DNA of 53,644 bases, filler included, from Sphacelaria rigidula (GCA_964200075.2; 5 parts of 5 records of this genome joined end to end with filler, not necessarily neighbours in it); one strand, 5' to 3'; positions 27,717 through 45,204 are shown, counted from the first letter of the whole stretch. Notes: generated by a model not told the origin, from the sequence alone. A program made the numbers and translations.

Positions 27717-28129
27717 TATATATATATATATATGAATACAGTGCATGTAGTGCGCTTTTTTTGCTGGCTGCTGATGATGGTGAGTGTACGCTTTGAGGGA
27801 AACTACGGAGAAGGGGTGCACTGCCGGCTGTATCTGTAGCTGTCTGCACTGACGCTTATTGCACTTGCGTGCATGTACAAGCAGAGAGATCAACCATGCG
27901 TGCCATTCCCGGATCTCTCAAGGGCGCGTAGGACTAGCAATCCCCCATATGGGCGGGAGTATAGTACAGAATACGGAAAAACGTAAAGCATACCTGCATG
28001 AAAAAAAAACTTCAGCTCGAAATCGGCAGCGTACGTATGGGTATCCAGTACCAGAAAGGTTGATTCGTGAGTGGTGAACCAGGCAGGATGGATGTTTTCT
28101 GCAACCAACCCTTCGTTATTTTTTCATTT

Positions 28130-28442
28130 TTTGTTTTTGTCGCACTTTGAACCCCTCCCGTTCGGGACGAGTCCGTGGTCTCAAGGGATCAACCCATCTC
28201 GGCCCGGCACACGCCTTGCATTTTGGTCTCGCGGATTGGATCATGACCAACACTCCCGCACCGCGTCAACTCACGTCAAACAAACTCTGTGGACTACTTC
28301 GTTTGCTCACTTTCTCACGCTTTTTACGGTGAAAACACGCACACACTACGAAGAAAAAAACACACACACACACCAGGAATCGAACACTTGCTCTCTCCAC
28401 CGTAATGGCGACAGTCGGACCATTATACCACCGGGGCGCGGC
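28130..28442 (-). mobile_element. tRNA-derived SINE (family A)
   Basis: Reverse complement begins ccgcgccccggtggtataatggtccgactgtcgccattacggtggagagagcaagtgttcgattcc, closely matching the head at 42772-42840. Confidence 0.8.
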
Positions 28443-28891
28443 GGCAGGTGCAACGAGTGTAAGTAACAGAGGATCGAGCAACGCAGCAGGGAGCATCGCA
28501 CAACAACCAGGGTTCGAATATACCACAAAGTATGCGCTTCAAAACACGAGAGAAACGCACGTTCATCTTTTTTTGTTTTTTCTTACCAGTCCGTGCCCAT
28601 CGGCAAACTGTTGTACATTTCATTTTCACAGGTATCACGCCCGCAGCGAACCCAATCCACACACAAAAGGCACCCTTCTCACAATACGTGTGTTCAATGT
28701 CTTCTGGCAACCCATGTTTTTTGTCGGCTTTTTTTTTCTTCTTTCTTGTATATGCTCTTCAATACCACCGTCCATGATCTCCGTATATTTATCTTGCCTT
28801 CCTGATCGCGTCACCTCTATCTCCATCTACTAATATTCTTCATTTCGACGTATGTGTTTTATGTGGGCGCACGCAAATAAAATGTGTACAG

Positions 28892-29047
28892 AACCCGTCG
28901 GCAGCGATGACCCGGGGAGCACTGGACATGGCAAAGGGAGAAATTATCTCTTTGATGGAATTTGACGGTTACCTGCGGTATGTAGACATGATCGTTATCC
29001 AGCGGCAGCTCCGAATATCCAAGGACGTGGCACTGTGGTGGAAACAG
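28892..29047 (+). CDS. Internal exon encoding an RGS-domain-like C-terminus
   Basis: tacag|AAC...CAG|gtgcgt, 156 bp, phase 0-0. NPSAAMTRGALDMAKGEIISLMEFDGYLRYVDMIVIQRQLRISKDVALWWKQ resembles the RGS consensus FDxAQxEIxxLMExDSYxRF. Confidence 0.65.
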
Positions 29048-29369
29048 GTGCGTGCGTATGTGTGTGTGTGTGTGTGTGTGTTGGTGGATTCTCCCGTTTG
29101 GACAGCGAAGTTTGCGGCGTCTCTACTGTAAGGCTGTATATGCGTACATCGAGCCCAAGCCACGAGAATACCCACTAGCATCGGTGGACTTTACGTGGAG
29201 TCTGAACGCTCTGCAGTCGAAGGGCCAGAACCTCGAGAGCAGGAATGATTCGGTACTCATCCCTTGGGTTTGTGCTGCAGGTGACGGGGGTGGAGCGGGG
29301 AGAGGATGCATTAGAGCTCATCAAATGGGTGTGGGGTGTGGAGCTCCTTGTGTGTGTGTGCGCGCGGGG

Positions 29370-29500
29370 GGGGATGGAGGAGGATGTAGATGCACAGAAT
29401 ATCCCCTGTGGCAGAGGAACAGAAAGTACGACACAAAGAGCGGAAGAAGGTGAACTATGGAAAGAGGAACGGGATGTGCTGGAGGAGAAAATGTAGGAAA
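29370..29500 (+). mobile_element. LINE ORF2 C-terminal fragment (degenerate)
   Basis: EEDVDAQNIPCGRGTESTTQRAEEGELWKEERDVLEEKM looks like a decayed CxC...ESxxH..xEC zinc-knuckle region; it appears to continue at 30270-30425. Confidence 0.55.
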
Positions 29501-30269
29501 GAAAAAGGTGGCGTGAAATGGTTTGATACATGAGACAGGAGCGAATAATGATGCCATAATTCAGTAGTTTGTCATTTTTTCGTAGTCGGCGGCTTCCAAA
29601 AGTGTTTTTGCGTGCCACCACTTCTTCTAGTGAACGTTTCATCCCAAAGCTTGGGGATCGGGAAACACTAGGCATCCGCTCCACATTCCGAGACAACATT
29701 ACCTCTGCACTCAATATTGAACAACTTACGGGGGTCCTGCGACTGCCCAGCCTCAGGCCCTGACCCTTCGCAATTTTCGCTCGATTGAAACAATTCTGAT
29801 CGTTCTCGCGAACAAATGAAGAGGAACGTTTTTTTAACCCCCACTTCTATGCGGCGCTAGACCCAAAAAACTGTGACTTTCGGACCATCGAAGGTCGATA
29901 ACATTCCCTGATAGTCGAAGTACTCATTTCGTGTTCACCTGACAACACCAATGGGGGATTGTGTCCTGAGTACGACCTGCTTCTTTGCTCAAGATCTATC
30001 GCCGCTAGAACTTTCGAGTGTAAAGGAAAAATACTATGCGAGAAAACTCAGAAACGTATCCACAAAGGAAAATTGCCCAACCGAACTCTGCATAGTACAG
30101 GGGAGGGGTCACACATCCCAATCGCTCTCATCAATAATTTCACAGACCCTTACATTTTATATATCTCTGTTTATTGCGCTAGAGTCGAAAAGAAATGTGT
30201 TATGGACCAAGAACGGACAATAACACCCCCTGTCAATTCAGCCCGTTAGTCGTTCAATATTGATCGCAG

Positions 30270-30425
30270 ATATATAGGAGATAGATGGTGACCACCAACG
30301 GTGAAACAGGAATGCGATAAAGTATGCAAAAGGTTCTCATGTAATGTATGGGAGAACTTAATGAGCGACCGAATGTTGGAGGTGCCTCTATCAGGAGTAG
30401 AAACGGTGCTCCGTCTCGAAAACTA
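30270..30425 (+). mobile_element. LINE ORF2 3' fragment (degenerate)
   Basis: IGDRW*PPTVKQECDKVCKRFSCNVW / NERPNVGGASIRSRNGAPSRK. The terminal gctccgtctcgaaa is identical to the start of the repeat at 32090 and to 135-150 (minus). Confidence 0.6.
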
Positions 30426-30776
30426 AGGCACGCAACAAATGCGCACGCCCCCCCTCCCCTAAACCTGTCCATTTTCGTTTCGGTGATGCTACTTTTGACG
30501 TCGTGGTACGCTGCGATATTTCGTTCCCTGAATTGAGCCATGGAGGCTAATTGCTTCATACCAGATGATTGTTATGGTGGCTGTGCCCGTCATTTGGTAG
30601 CCACGAAGCGCATGTGATGATGCCTATTCAAGGCCGAAAGAGGCACGCACAAAAGGCGTTACACAGATATGTTCGATCGTTTTTGTGTAAAGCTTGACCC
30701 TTCCCATCCCCTCCTTATACTCGCCCTGAAAAACCCGACGTGAACGCAACGAAAACATGCTGCGGGGATCAAGCAG

Positions 30777-30977
30777 GAGGGATTGACGTTACGGCAGTTC
30801 TTCACCTTCCCTTCCCCGATAAACGCCGTGGATAGCAAAATGCATAGCTTATGCTCGGCCATCCTGATCGTGGGCGCTGCGGCGCTGTCGTACCTTCACC
30901 ACTTCCACTGGTTATGGGTGCTCGTCGTGTGCGGCTTTGCGGCACGGACCTTGTGTGGCCCACGGCTGGACCCTCAG
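30777..30977 (+). CDS. Internal exon encoding a DUF4395-like membrane domain N-terminus
   Basis: aagcag|GAG...CAG|gtgcgt, 201 bp, phase 0-0. EGLTLRQFFTFPSPINAVDSKMHSLCSAILIVGAAALSYLHHFHWLWVLVVCGFAARTLCGPRLDPQ resembles the DUF4395 pattern FxFPNPVN...W....GFxARxLxGPxLxP, with two hydrophobic helices. Confidence 0.7.
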
Positions 30978-32089
30978 GTGCGTATGCAATTGAAGAAAGT
31001 AGGTATGATGGCTGGATGGATTAGCTGGTGGAGTGTCGGACATTGAGTCATTCGTTACGATCTTAGGTGTGGTCATGAGGTGAACGTACTCGAGATAGGT
31101 ACACGAAAACATTCGCTGAAGGGGGACGCTAGAAAAAGAGAAGTATTGAAAAAAAAGGAACAGAGAGGATCAAATCGAAAAAAATAACTGCGATTGAAAA
31201 GCCAACAAAAAATGAAGACAGGATAAAACAAGGGAGGGAGAGAGGGAGAGAAGGAAGGGTAAACGACAACAATCTTGCAGTACTCTCGTCAACAAGGAAA
31301 CGTGACAGCGAGAATGAGTAGAAGATCTGACGGGAAAGCAGGGGGATCTGAGGTCAAGGTCAAGATACCAAACACTCACAATGAAACTAGGTTGTGGAAG
31401 ATGGGCGTTGGCACCGGTTCAACGTGTCTCGGTGTTGACCGCTGCACATCCTGTTGTGGCCTGGTCGCGCGGACCCCATGCGCGCTTTCGGTGGATCCCG
31501 AGATCCAGTGTTGAAATGCTGTTGTCGAGAATAGCCACCAGCTGGATAGTTGGCCGTCAGGCTGCGAGCACATTGGCCTGTGATTTATCATGATGATACC
31601 GGTAGTCAAGCACAGTGGAGATTTCACCGTCGCAGATGCTGTGGGTCGCCAATCGGGCGTGATGGTACTGGTGTAGTCCAATTACTTCAAAATAGTACGC
31701 GGGTGAATCGCGCTCGTAGCGAGTGATTTCGACGGTGGTATACTTGGGCATCACCGAACTTGAGGGGATCGCACCCCTGTAGGAATTCCACTGTGTTGCG
31801 GTTGAAACGGCTGACTTGCGGGGAGCATTGCAAGTTGGGATTCAGTGAATGGAAACCTCAGAGGTGCGGAGAAGAGAAAAATTTACCAAAGTAAGCCGGC
31901 GTAGGTTTTCAGTATCGCACGTCGAAAGAAATCAGTCCGGTATACTATGCTGCGCGGATTGCCTTGAAAGGGTCGGTCAGTCACGAAAACAGCATGTCCA
32001 CGTTTCTTTCCTCACTAATACTTTTGCGCTGAACACTGGGAAGTTCCAAGAGGGTAATGCAGTGATAGTCCCCCCCCCCCTCCAAAATT

Positions 32090-32149
32090 GCTCCGTCTCG
32101 AAAGGGATGCGTGGTCAATGGTCAAATGACTAAGGCAAGCAACAAATGA
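32090..32149 (+). mobile_element. LINE 3' end fragment (APSRKGCVVNGQMTKASNK*)
   Basis: Matches 80-150 (minus) and 32341-32375 (minus); the contig ends inside the repeat. Confidence 0.65.
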
Positions 32150-32249
32150 NNNNNNNNNNNNNNNNNNNNNNNNNNNNNNNNNNNNNNNNNNNNTTAATTA
32201 ATTAANNNNNNNNNNNNNNNNNNNNNNNNNNNNNNNNNNNNNNNNNNNN
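32150..32249. other. Artificial contig linker
   Basis: N44-TTAATTAATTAA-N44. Confidence 0.97.
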
Positions 32250-32805
32250 GTCATCGCCAAGCGACGCCAACCCCATCGGGGGTCCGCCTCTACAAAGCCG
32301 GGACGGAGAACGCCGGAAGGGGTGGGGAGGGGGGGGGGCGTACTCATTTATTGCTTGCCTTAGTCGTTTGACCATTTCCGGCGGGGGGGGATGTACTCCT
32401 GATCATGCATCCCACAGCCATATGACCATTGACCTTGCATCCCTACAAGGCTGGGACGGAGCACGCTAGGTTTTCGCCGGATCATGCTCTCTGTAGAGGA
32501 TGTGTGTGTAATCATGATCATGCATGCCATGGTCATGATACCCTGTAGAGGGGGGGGGGGTGTATTCATCATCATGAATACCATAGTCATAATACCATGT
32601 AGAGGGGGGGTGTACTCATCATAATGCATGCCATAGACATCAGACCATTGACCTCCCATCCCTACCAAGCCGGGACGGAGCGCGCCAGGTTTCGCCGGAC
32701 TAGGCTCGCACTCAATCATCAAGTACGAAGCGCCGTGATGTGTTCGGCAAATCGCATGAAGGGCGAGCTGCATCCTGACAAGATTGTCCGGTCGGAGGCC
32801 TACTG
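32250..32805 (-). repeat. Stacked LINE-tail-related repeats with internal ~50-bp poly-G/ATC-rich units
   Basis: Repeated gggggggtgtactcatcat...gccat...accctgtagag units, and two copies of gaccattgacct..catcccta..aag..gggacggagc.cgc.aggtttcgccgga; homologous to 15195-15407. Confidence 0.75.
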
Positions 32806-33784
32806 ATTATCTTGCATTTGGATGACAGCCTCAAATGAGCTGTGCTTTATTCTCTGGTATCGCCACTTCCTGGGGAGGATGAGCTTATTGGAGGCTTATG
32901 GGTGCCTCACCATGTAGGGGGGGTGGGGGGGAAGCCAGACAAGGTATCAGGCACAAAAATGAAGAAAGGCAGGAATAATCAAGGTGTGCTCATTAGCTTG
33001 GAAGCCGTCGTCAGAAGGCCGTTGACCTCCCATTCCTGCAGTACACACCAGTCAACAGGGAATACACCACGAGATGACACCTCGGAACATGAGCACAATT
33101 ACAGATGGCGCGAAGATATGAACACCTTGGAACCAGGTACAAGCTGTGAAATATCCTGAGGCCGGTGCAATCTCGTGTACCAAGATACTTTCGATAAGAC
33201 TGAAAAAAACTTCAATTTGAACAAAGCTAATTATTCTTCCAATGATACTCCCACACTTTTCACGTCATGTTCGTGTACGTTTACCCCGCTGTAAAACCCC
33301 TCAAAACCTTCGCGATGGAAGGCTATATCTAGAGGGGGACGGAGAGATTCGTCAGCAAAAAAGTAAAAAAAAAGTCATTTTGGGTGTATATACTCATGAG
33401 TGTTCTTCATATGAATAGCAAACTCCCTCTGGTTGTTCACAGCAATAATGCCTACGCCGCCGCGTTCATATGGTCCCAGTGGTGCACCAACGCTGGTGTG
33501 ACCAGAGTTTTGGATCCGCGTGCAGAGAGTATGACTTCCATTCGCTGGTTTCGTTATAATCCAAGAATGTGAGAACGAGCTTTCAACGGAGAAAAACAAC
33601 GCTCACCAATTATTTCATGAGATCATGGCTGTTGACCGAAGCGCACGAGAAGTGAGCGCCACGGGATGAACGGCGTGATCCCTTGTCGAGAACTACACAC
33701 TCGCCCGTGGGGAGGGGGAGGCAGGGCTATGAAATTAAAAATAGGAAACACCTGCAATGCGCGAAATATTTGTTCTCATTCCTA

Positions 33785-39122
<5,338 letters not shown>

Positions 39123-41604
39123 CTGGGCATCACGCACGAAGATGATGACAGATTGTCATCATCATACAGTCAGGCGGGGTCAAAAAGTTGTTAATCGCGG
39201 CGGTGCAGTGGATCATCGACAACCACGCCAAGAGAAGGAGGAAAAAACGTCTGGGGTAGAAAATATATTGCACAGAACCACGTCGTGTCGCGAGTATGGA
39301 CGCAGGTAGCATGCCATGGTTCGTGAAGGTTTCACATTTTTGACCGAACCCAGGTCATTCGGGTGGAGTGTGAAGAAATTCGTGTACAAAATTCGAGTGA
39401 CAAAAGTGCAAGTAGTCATGGAACGGTCCTCGTGTTCCGGGTATAATCGATCATGAGGGAGTATTTTGTACGAGTTGTGAAGATAAACAGGTTGTTAGTG
39501 ACGTTCCCAATACACCTTATTTGGAATACATAGGTGTGCCCAATGAGGCTACGTAGAGATAAATAGTACACAGATCGCCTATGGCAGACTGATACGAATA
39601 ACCCGGGTCATACAGATCATTCACCACTTCATGTGTGCAGAGCAACCGGGTTCTTCAGGTCACCAAACGGATACAGATCAATCGCAGATTGCAAAAGTCA
39701 TACGGCTGATTGTCGAGTAGGCGTGCGGGAGGTACCCGTGCTTCATCAACGCCAGCAGTGTACACGTTGACGGCTTTTTTCGAAAAAAAATCGTCAGAAG
39801 CTGGCCGAACCACGTCATGATGAGTCAATAGGGCATGTAGCTGTATCTTGTTTCTTCCTTTTCCCGCCGCGCATGAGTGTGCACCCTGACCGAGGGAATA
39901 CGAAAAGAGTCGTCCGTATTACCGCTGGCATGTGTGCGCTGTGCTCTTTCGGGACTATCCGAGGTCTGTCAAGGAAGAATTTCGAACACGGAGCCCCCCC
40001 GAGCGCCCACCCCCCGCCCGGAGGGCAGTTTTTTTTTTAAAAGTCATCATTATTTTTTTTGGTGATTTTATTGAATTTGTTAACAAACAACGACAAGACC
40101 GGAAAGTCTGGCAGGCTTTGCGAGGTTCGTATATTTGCTTCTACTCCTTGCCCGCCCTGTCGCGATGACCTCAGATCCCGGCAACGCTCACACACATCCA
40201 TGTACAATACACGAGCGCACGGTGGCCACAGCCTGTAACCAAGATAAAAACATTATCTCACGCCTCGCCAAATTTTGCCCGGACTGCTAGTAGTGGGTGG
40301 TCGAGGCACACGATACGGAAAATAATCCCATATATGTTATCATGGTAATTGATGAGCGTAGGGCGGTGTGACCGTCATCTCAGCGGTCTCCACGCCAAGG
40401 ATTTCTGTACACGGCAGCTGACTGCATCCGCCAACGCCTCGGCAATATACTAGGGAACAGGAGGCTGGCTGCCCCCCCCCTCCCCCCCCCTTCAAAAACT
40501 CGAATTTGATGTTGGGTTCTACATGTCCCGAAATATTTTTTGACAGACCATCATCATACGACACAAAAAACGTTACCCACGGGGTACCCAACCGTAGTAC
40601 TAGCCTAGCTCAACTTTTAGCGTGTAGCGAAATTTGTGACGCGACGATAGGTGCCCTGGAATAAATGTACCAAAGGTGCTCCCCGTATCTCGTACGGCGC
40701 GATTATCCAGTACAGGATCACCCGTACCCTTACGCTGGGCACACCAGTATTCACGTGTACGAGACGGCAAAAATGCCCACTGTAGTATCGCCAGTGCAAG
40801 GCAGCAAAATACCCAGTCTCGTTCAGAAAAAGGCGGCGAATCACCCAGTATCTCCAGTATCAGGTGGCGGAATACTACTAAGTTTACCGTATCAGCCCGA
40901 AATGAGTATATCGGTGTGACCTGGAGACTAACGTGGTGGCGCACGGGACCGCCGCTGAATGAAAAAAAAATGCGCTGCATGACGTATCACATAATTGACA
41001 GGAAAAAAAAAATCGTCTGGGATTCGAACTTGTGACCTCCATAACTTGAGTCAACTGCATTACTCGGACTAAATAAGCGCAGCCGTGCCAAACAAAAAGT
41101 TGGATGCTGCGCCAAAATTCCGTCATGTTTGGCTGAAGTTGTACCAGGATCTCCTCCACACAAGGACGCGCAACTACAATAGGGATGCCCCCGTATTCTT
41201 TATTTTCACGGAGTTTGGTTTTCCTTTCGTTTTCGCAGAAACTTCAAATCGCTTCAACTTCTTTTTTTTTCTTTGGCATCCCCAGGAAGGTTGTGCCTTG
41301 TGCCGATAAAAAAATTGTGTCGAAATTTCAGCGCCCAACACTTTGAATTACCGACCGCCCGGCCCGGATACATTCGCAAATCTCTGTCAGCTGGCCCAGC
41401 TCGTTTAGACAACCGTACCCTACAGAGCACAACGTTGGGATGTTCCACCCCCGAAAAGCCTTATCTCGGAACGATTCTGCGGACTGTCCAGATATATCCA
41501 GGGGTTTCGAGTGGAGGGCGGGGGGAATGATATGTGCTATTACGGGAGAGGGAGATGGACACTACAGCTACGGCATATTTTGTACTATTTATTTAATTTT
41601 TCTA

Positions 41605-41830
41605 TTTGTCACACTTGGAACTTCTCCTCTTCCTCGTGACGACTCCGTGGTCTCAAGGGATCAACCCATCTCTCCCCTGTACACGCCCTGCATTTCGGTC
41701 TCGTGGATTGGATCAGCACTCCCGCATCGCGTCAACTCACGCCCAACAAGCTCAGTCAGCTACTTCCTTTACTCACGTTCTCACGCTTTTCCGCGGTGGA
41801 AATCAGGCACCACGAAGAAAAACTCAACGC
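41605..41830 (-). mobile_element. SINE family A body, head missing
   Basis: gacgactccgtggtctcaagggatcaacccatctc...cactcccgcatcgcgtcaactcacg matches 28166-28275. Confidence 0.75.
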
Positions 41831-42771
41831 ATCGGCAATTAAACCCTCGTTATCTTTAATTTAATGGCGGCATCGATGACTGTGTTCCATTTCCAAGTTG
41901 CTCAGAAGCCTCGCTCTTGCTCCTCTGTAAAACTGCCCGGTATATATATACGATCTATCACGAATTTTATTTGCAGGTCTCAAAATAGAAGCTGCTTACA
42001 ATATCTAGTTCTCACACGGAAACATGCTGCAACAAAAATCAAGACACAAAGCATTATATAATTTTACAGAGACATAATGTACCTTCAGGATCACCATCGT
42101 TTTTACTTCGCCAACCTCTCCCTAAGGAGACTGTGATTCGAACCCTGCCTTGTTTCAGTGCGCTCTCGTACTTGACCATTATCCAGCCCACCCCACCTAG
42201 ATCGGCCAAAACCATCCATGATCATATTTTTGTGCACTTTTGTATTTTTTCCAAGTAGCACAACACACCCATCTTTCTGACCAGGTCGATACTGACTGCT
42301 TGTTTGGAAATGAGTACCCGAGGATCTCTGACGGCTGTGCGCTTTGGTACGCTGAGTAGGCCGTACATGCTGTCATGCGCGCTCAAGTGGTGCATGCTAG
42401 CTGCCACTACTGCTGCGATGTACTCAAGCGACATATTCTCCACCTTGCTTCAGCAGCCTCGGCACTTTGAAGGCGATGCTGGCACACCTCGTGCATATAT
42501 TAATAACGCTGCGTGTCATATCATCTCGACTGCACTCCCATCAGAGCGAAGCGATGCTGCAGGGCGTAGACGGAATTTCTTCTTACCAGCACAACCGAGT
42601 AGTATACGGTGCACTTGTTTTCGTTTGCACACACGAGACCTTTTGGTCGCTGTTGTTGCTCGCTGTTTAGCTGTCAACAAAAAGTGAACTGCTCTGCCCG
42701 CACTGTACTTACTGTCTATAGGGACCTTTAGACAACCGTAATGCACTTAATGATATTGTACATTTGTACAA

Positions 42772-42897
42772 CTCCGCGCCCCGGTGGTGTAATGGCCCGA
42801 CTGTCGCCACTATGGTGTAGAGGACGGGGGTTCAATTCCCGACGCGTTGGGTTTTTTCTTCGTGATGTATGATTTCCACCGTGGAAAGCGTGAGAAC
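42772..42897 (+). mobile_element. tRNA-derived SINE family A head, cut by the contig end
   Basis: ctccgcgccccggtggtgtaatggcccgactgtcgccactatggtgtagaggacgggggttcaattccc, with A-box and B-box-like motifs. Confidence 0.75.
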
Positions 42898-42997
42898 NNN
42901 NNNNNNNNNNNNNNNNNNNNNNNNNNNNNNNNNNNNNNNNNTTAATTAATTAANNNNNNNNNNNNNNNNNNNNNNNNNNNNNNNNNNNNNNNNNNNN
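42898..42997. other. Artificial contig linker
   Basis: N44-TTAATTAATTAA-N44. Confidence 0.97.
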
Positions 42998-43320
42998 GGG
43001 TTCGATTCCCGGAGCGATATGAGATTTTCTCTTACACCATGCCCAACAGAGGAGAGCGACCATGTCGTAGGTACACAAACTTCGACTGAACGGTCGACGA
43101 GGGAAAGGGACTGCTGAACCCCTCTCGCGATAATAAAGAAAAAGGCAAGCACCGCAGAAGAAAGGAGGGGTACTAAAAACAAATAAAATAAAAAGCCCCT
43201 GTATTGGCCTTCCTCCTGTGTGACCCCGGCTGATGCGCCCACAAATCCCAAAAGGGGCAGACTGGCGCCCAGAATAAATGGGACGACAACACACACACAC
43301 ACACACACACACAACACAAG
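42998..43320 (+). mobile_element. SINE-like element (family B) with B-box and (CA)n tail
   Basis: Starts gggttcgattccc (B-box) and ends cagaataaatgggacgacaac(ac)n; 3' part shared with 26830-26945. Confidence 0.75.
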
Positions 43321-43355
43321 TACACAGTTATGGGCGCGCTTGAGGCCGTGTCTTA

Positions 43356-44172
43356 AGGCCTGTCTTGGCACTATTTCTTTCGATCGAAAAAGTGCGGTCG
43401 ATTTTTTTTGTCGATCTGATAGGTCCACCGCATTTATGTTCCTTGAAGGCTTCAACTCAAAATTATGAATAGCGGCGCGCGGAGAAGAATGCAACGAGGT
43501 TACAAACAATTGTTTTCGATCGAAAACATGCGATCGAAAGGCATGAAGCGGCACTTGACTCCTATCTTACAGACCACCACGCCAAATAACACCTGTTCAC
43601 AAGACCATGCAAACTCCATCCAACTCATTCTCAGCTACCACCGCGACCCTGCAGCATAGAGCACGAGTTGAGCACAGGGATAGATATACTGCAGTAGTCG
43701 GGTGCTCTTTGTTATTTTTTGTTAGCGAAAACTTGCACATCTTCTCTCAAAGTAGGCATCAGGGACGGAACTGCGTGGTACGGTGGGCAACCGAGTTGCG
43801 TGCACGCTCATGGACAATGCAGGCAGTACAAAGCTGCACGTTGCTGAAGTCCTTTTCACATCGCATTGTAAGCAGAGAGAAATTATAGTCCTAGGCTGTC
43901 TGCACTGCACGTTGCCTGCTTCTCCTTTATATCTTCCTGCACGAAACACACACACGCACTCAACACACCCTGCTAGGAAGCACTGCAGACAGTACAGCCT
44001 GTCTGTACTGTACTCGAGTGACCATGTGCCGTTTCACGCTTTCACTGTATTTTCTGGATCGAAAGCTTGAAAATCCATCTGCACCCAACTGCATCAAAAC
44101 GAGAATTTTTCGCTCAGATCGATTCCACCGCCCCTTATTTTCGATCGAAAAGAAAAGTGCCAAGACAGGCCC
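43356..44172. mobile_element. PIF/Harbinger (Tourist-like) MITE, 817 bp
   Basis: TIRs aggcctgtcttggcact...tttcgatcgaaaa and ttttcgatcgaaaagaaaagtgccaagacaggccc; TTA on both flanks (43353-43355 and 44173-44175). Confidence 0.85.
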
Positions 44173-44719
44173 TTACCATTTTTTTTTTGACTCGAACGAT
44201 TCCGTGCGGCGGAATTGATTCAGTTCGCTTTGCTGGGTTTGGGTCCCAGCGAATTTGCCCGCTTTGAATCGAAAAGACTAAGCGAAATTCGTGAGATGGT
44301 ACTTCTTTACTTATATTCAAAAGACAGTACAGTACAGGCTGTACAGTACAGACAGTACAGACTGTACAGACTGTACAATAGTTATGCCCGTGAATGAAGG
44401 CCTTACCGACCAAAAATCCGTTGCCCACCAAAAATCAAATGAATGAGGACGGATATTGAAGACGTATTGAAGACGCCATAGACTAGTCGGGCCTGTGCCG
44501 AACCTCTGCTAAACATGACACACGCTCCATCCCAAGTTACCTAGGTTCAGTATGCGACAGCTGTAATTTTTTCATCGCTGTGAAACCGGTCTCTGGAACT
44601 TCACAGCCCCCCGCACACACACTAGACGTGGTGATTTTGACAAGCGCAGTTGCTAAATCGCCGCAGCGGATCCAAGAAGCCTCAGAAATAGTCAGCGTGC
44701 CATCGCTCCTCATTTAACA

Positions 44720-45180
44720 CAATCTACCGCATGCTGCTGATGTATTTGCTTAGTGTTCCACACCAATACTACACAGAGTGTGAAGCTATGCTGGCAACAC
44801 ATTAGGGGTCAGGCAGGTGGCGTACGAAGACCACGAGCAGAGTAAGAAGCACGTTGATTGTGTCCATGTAATCTATGGTGGAGTTGTCCTGACGGTGAAG
44901 CGGTCCACCTGTTGTCCATCTGTAGGGAAACAAACTAACTATCTTCATAGTCGTGATCGGTCAGAACGGTCACTCCGCTCCTCTCGGCCCTCGTTCCCGG
45001 CTTATAATTTTCATGGAGAAACTTCCAAACACACATTGTTGACTGGATGAGCTTTTCGGCTGTTCTGCCGACAGGCTTCCCACCCCCCTGTCAAAAACCA
45101 CCCCCCCCCTTGCCCCCTGGAAGCCCCCGGATGTCCCTGGACTGTCCACCTGTGAAACTGTCCCGAGGCGACGCTCCCCG
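44720..45180. repeat. Diverged direct repeat, copy 1 (copy 2 at 51100-51565)
   Basis: Colinear blocks agtgtgaagct.tgctgg, aagaccacgagcaga, tgagctt.tcggctgttctgc, cccccggatgtcc, gtgaaactg..ccgaggcgacgctc. Confidence 0.85.
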
Positions 45181-45204
45181 TCCAAGGGTTAACGGTCTAC
45201 AATT

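Noticed and set aside
32380-32700. CRISPR-like array
   Set aside because: Units are degenerate and poly-G-based without unique constant-length spacers; the context is eukaryotic and there are no cas genes.
42772-42845. tRNA gene (also tRNA-like heads at ~27416, ~28440, ~41015-41080 and ~42135-42195)
   Set aside because: A-box and B-box-like motifs are present but no convincing cloverleaf, and the family-A heads continue into a shared SINE body.
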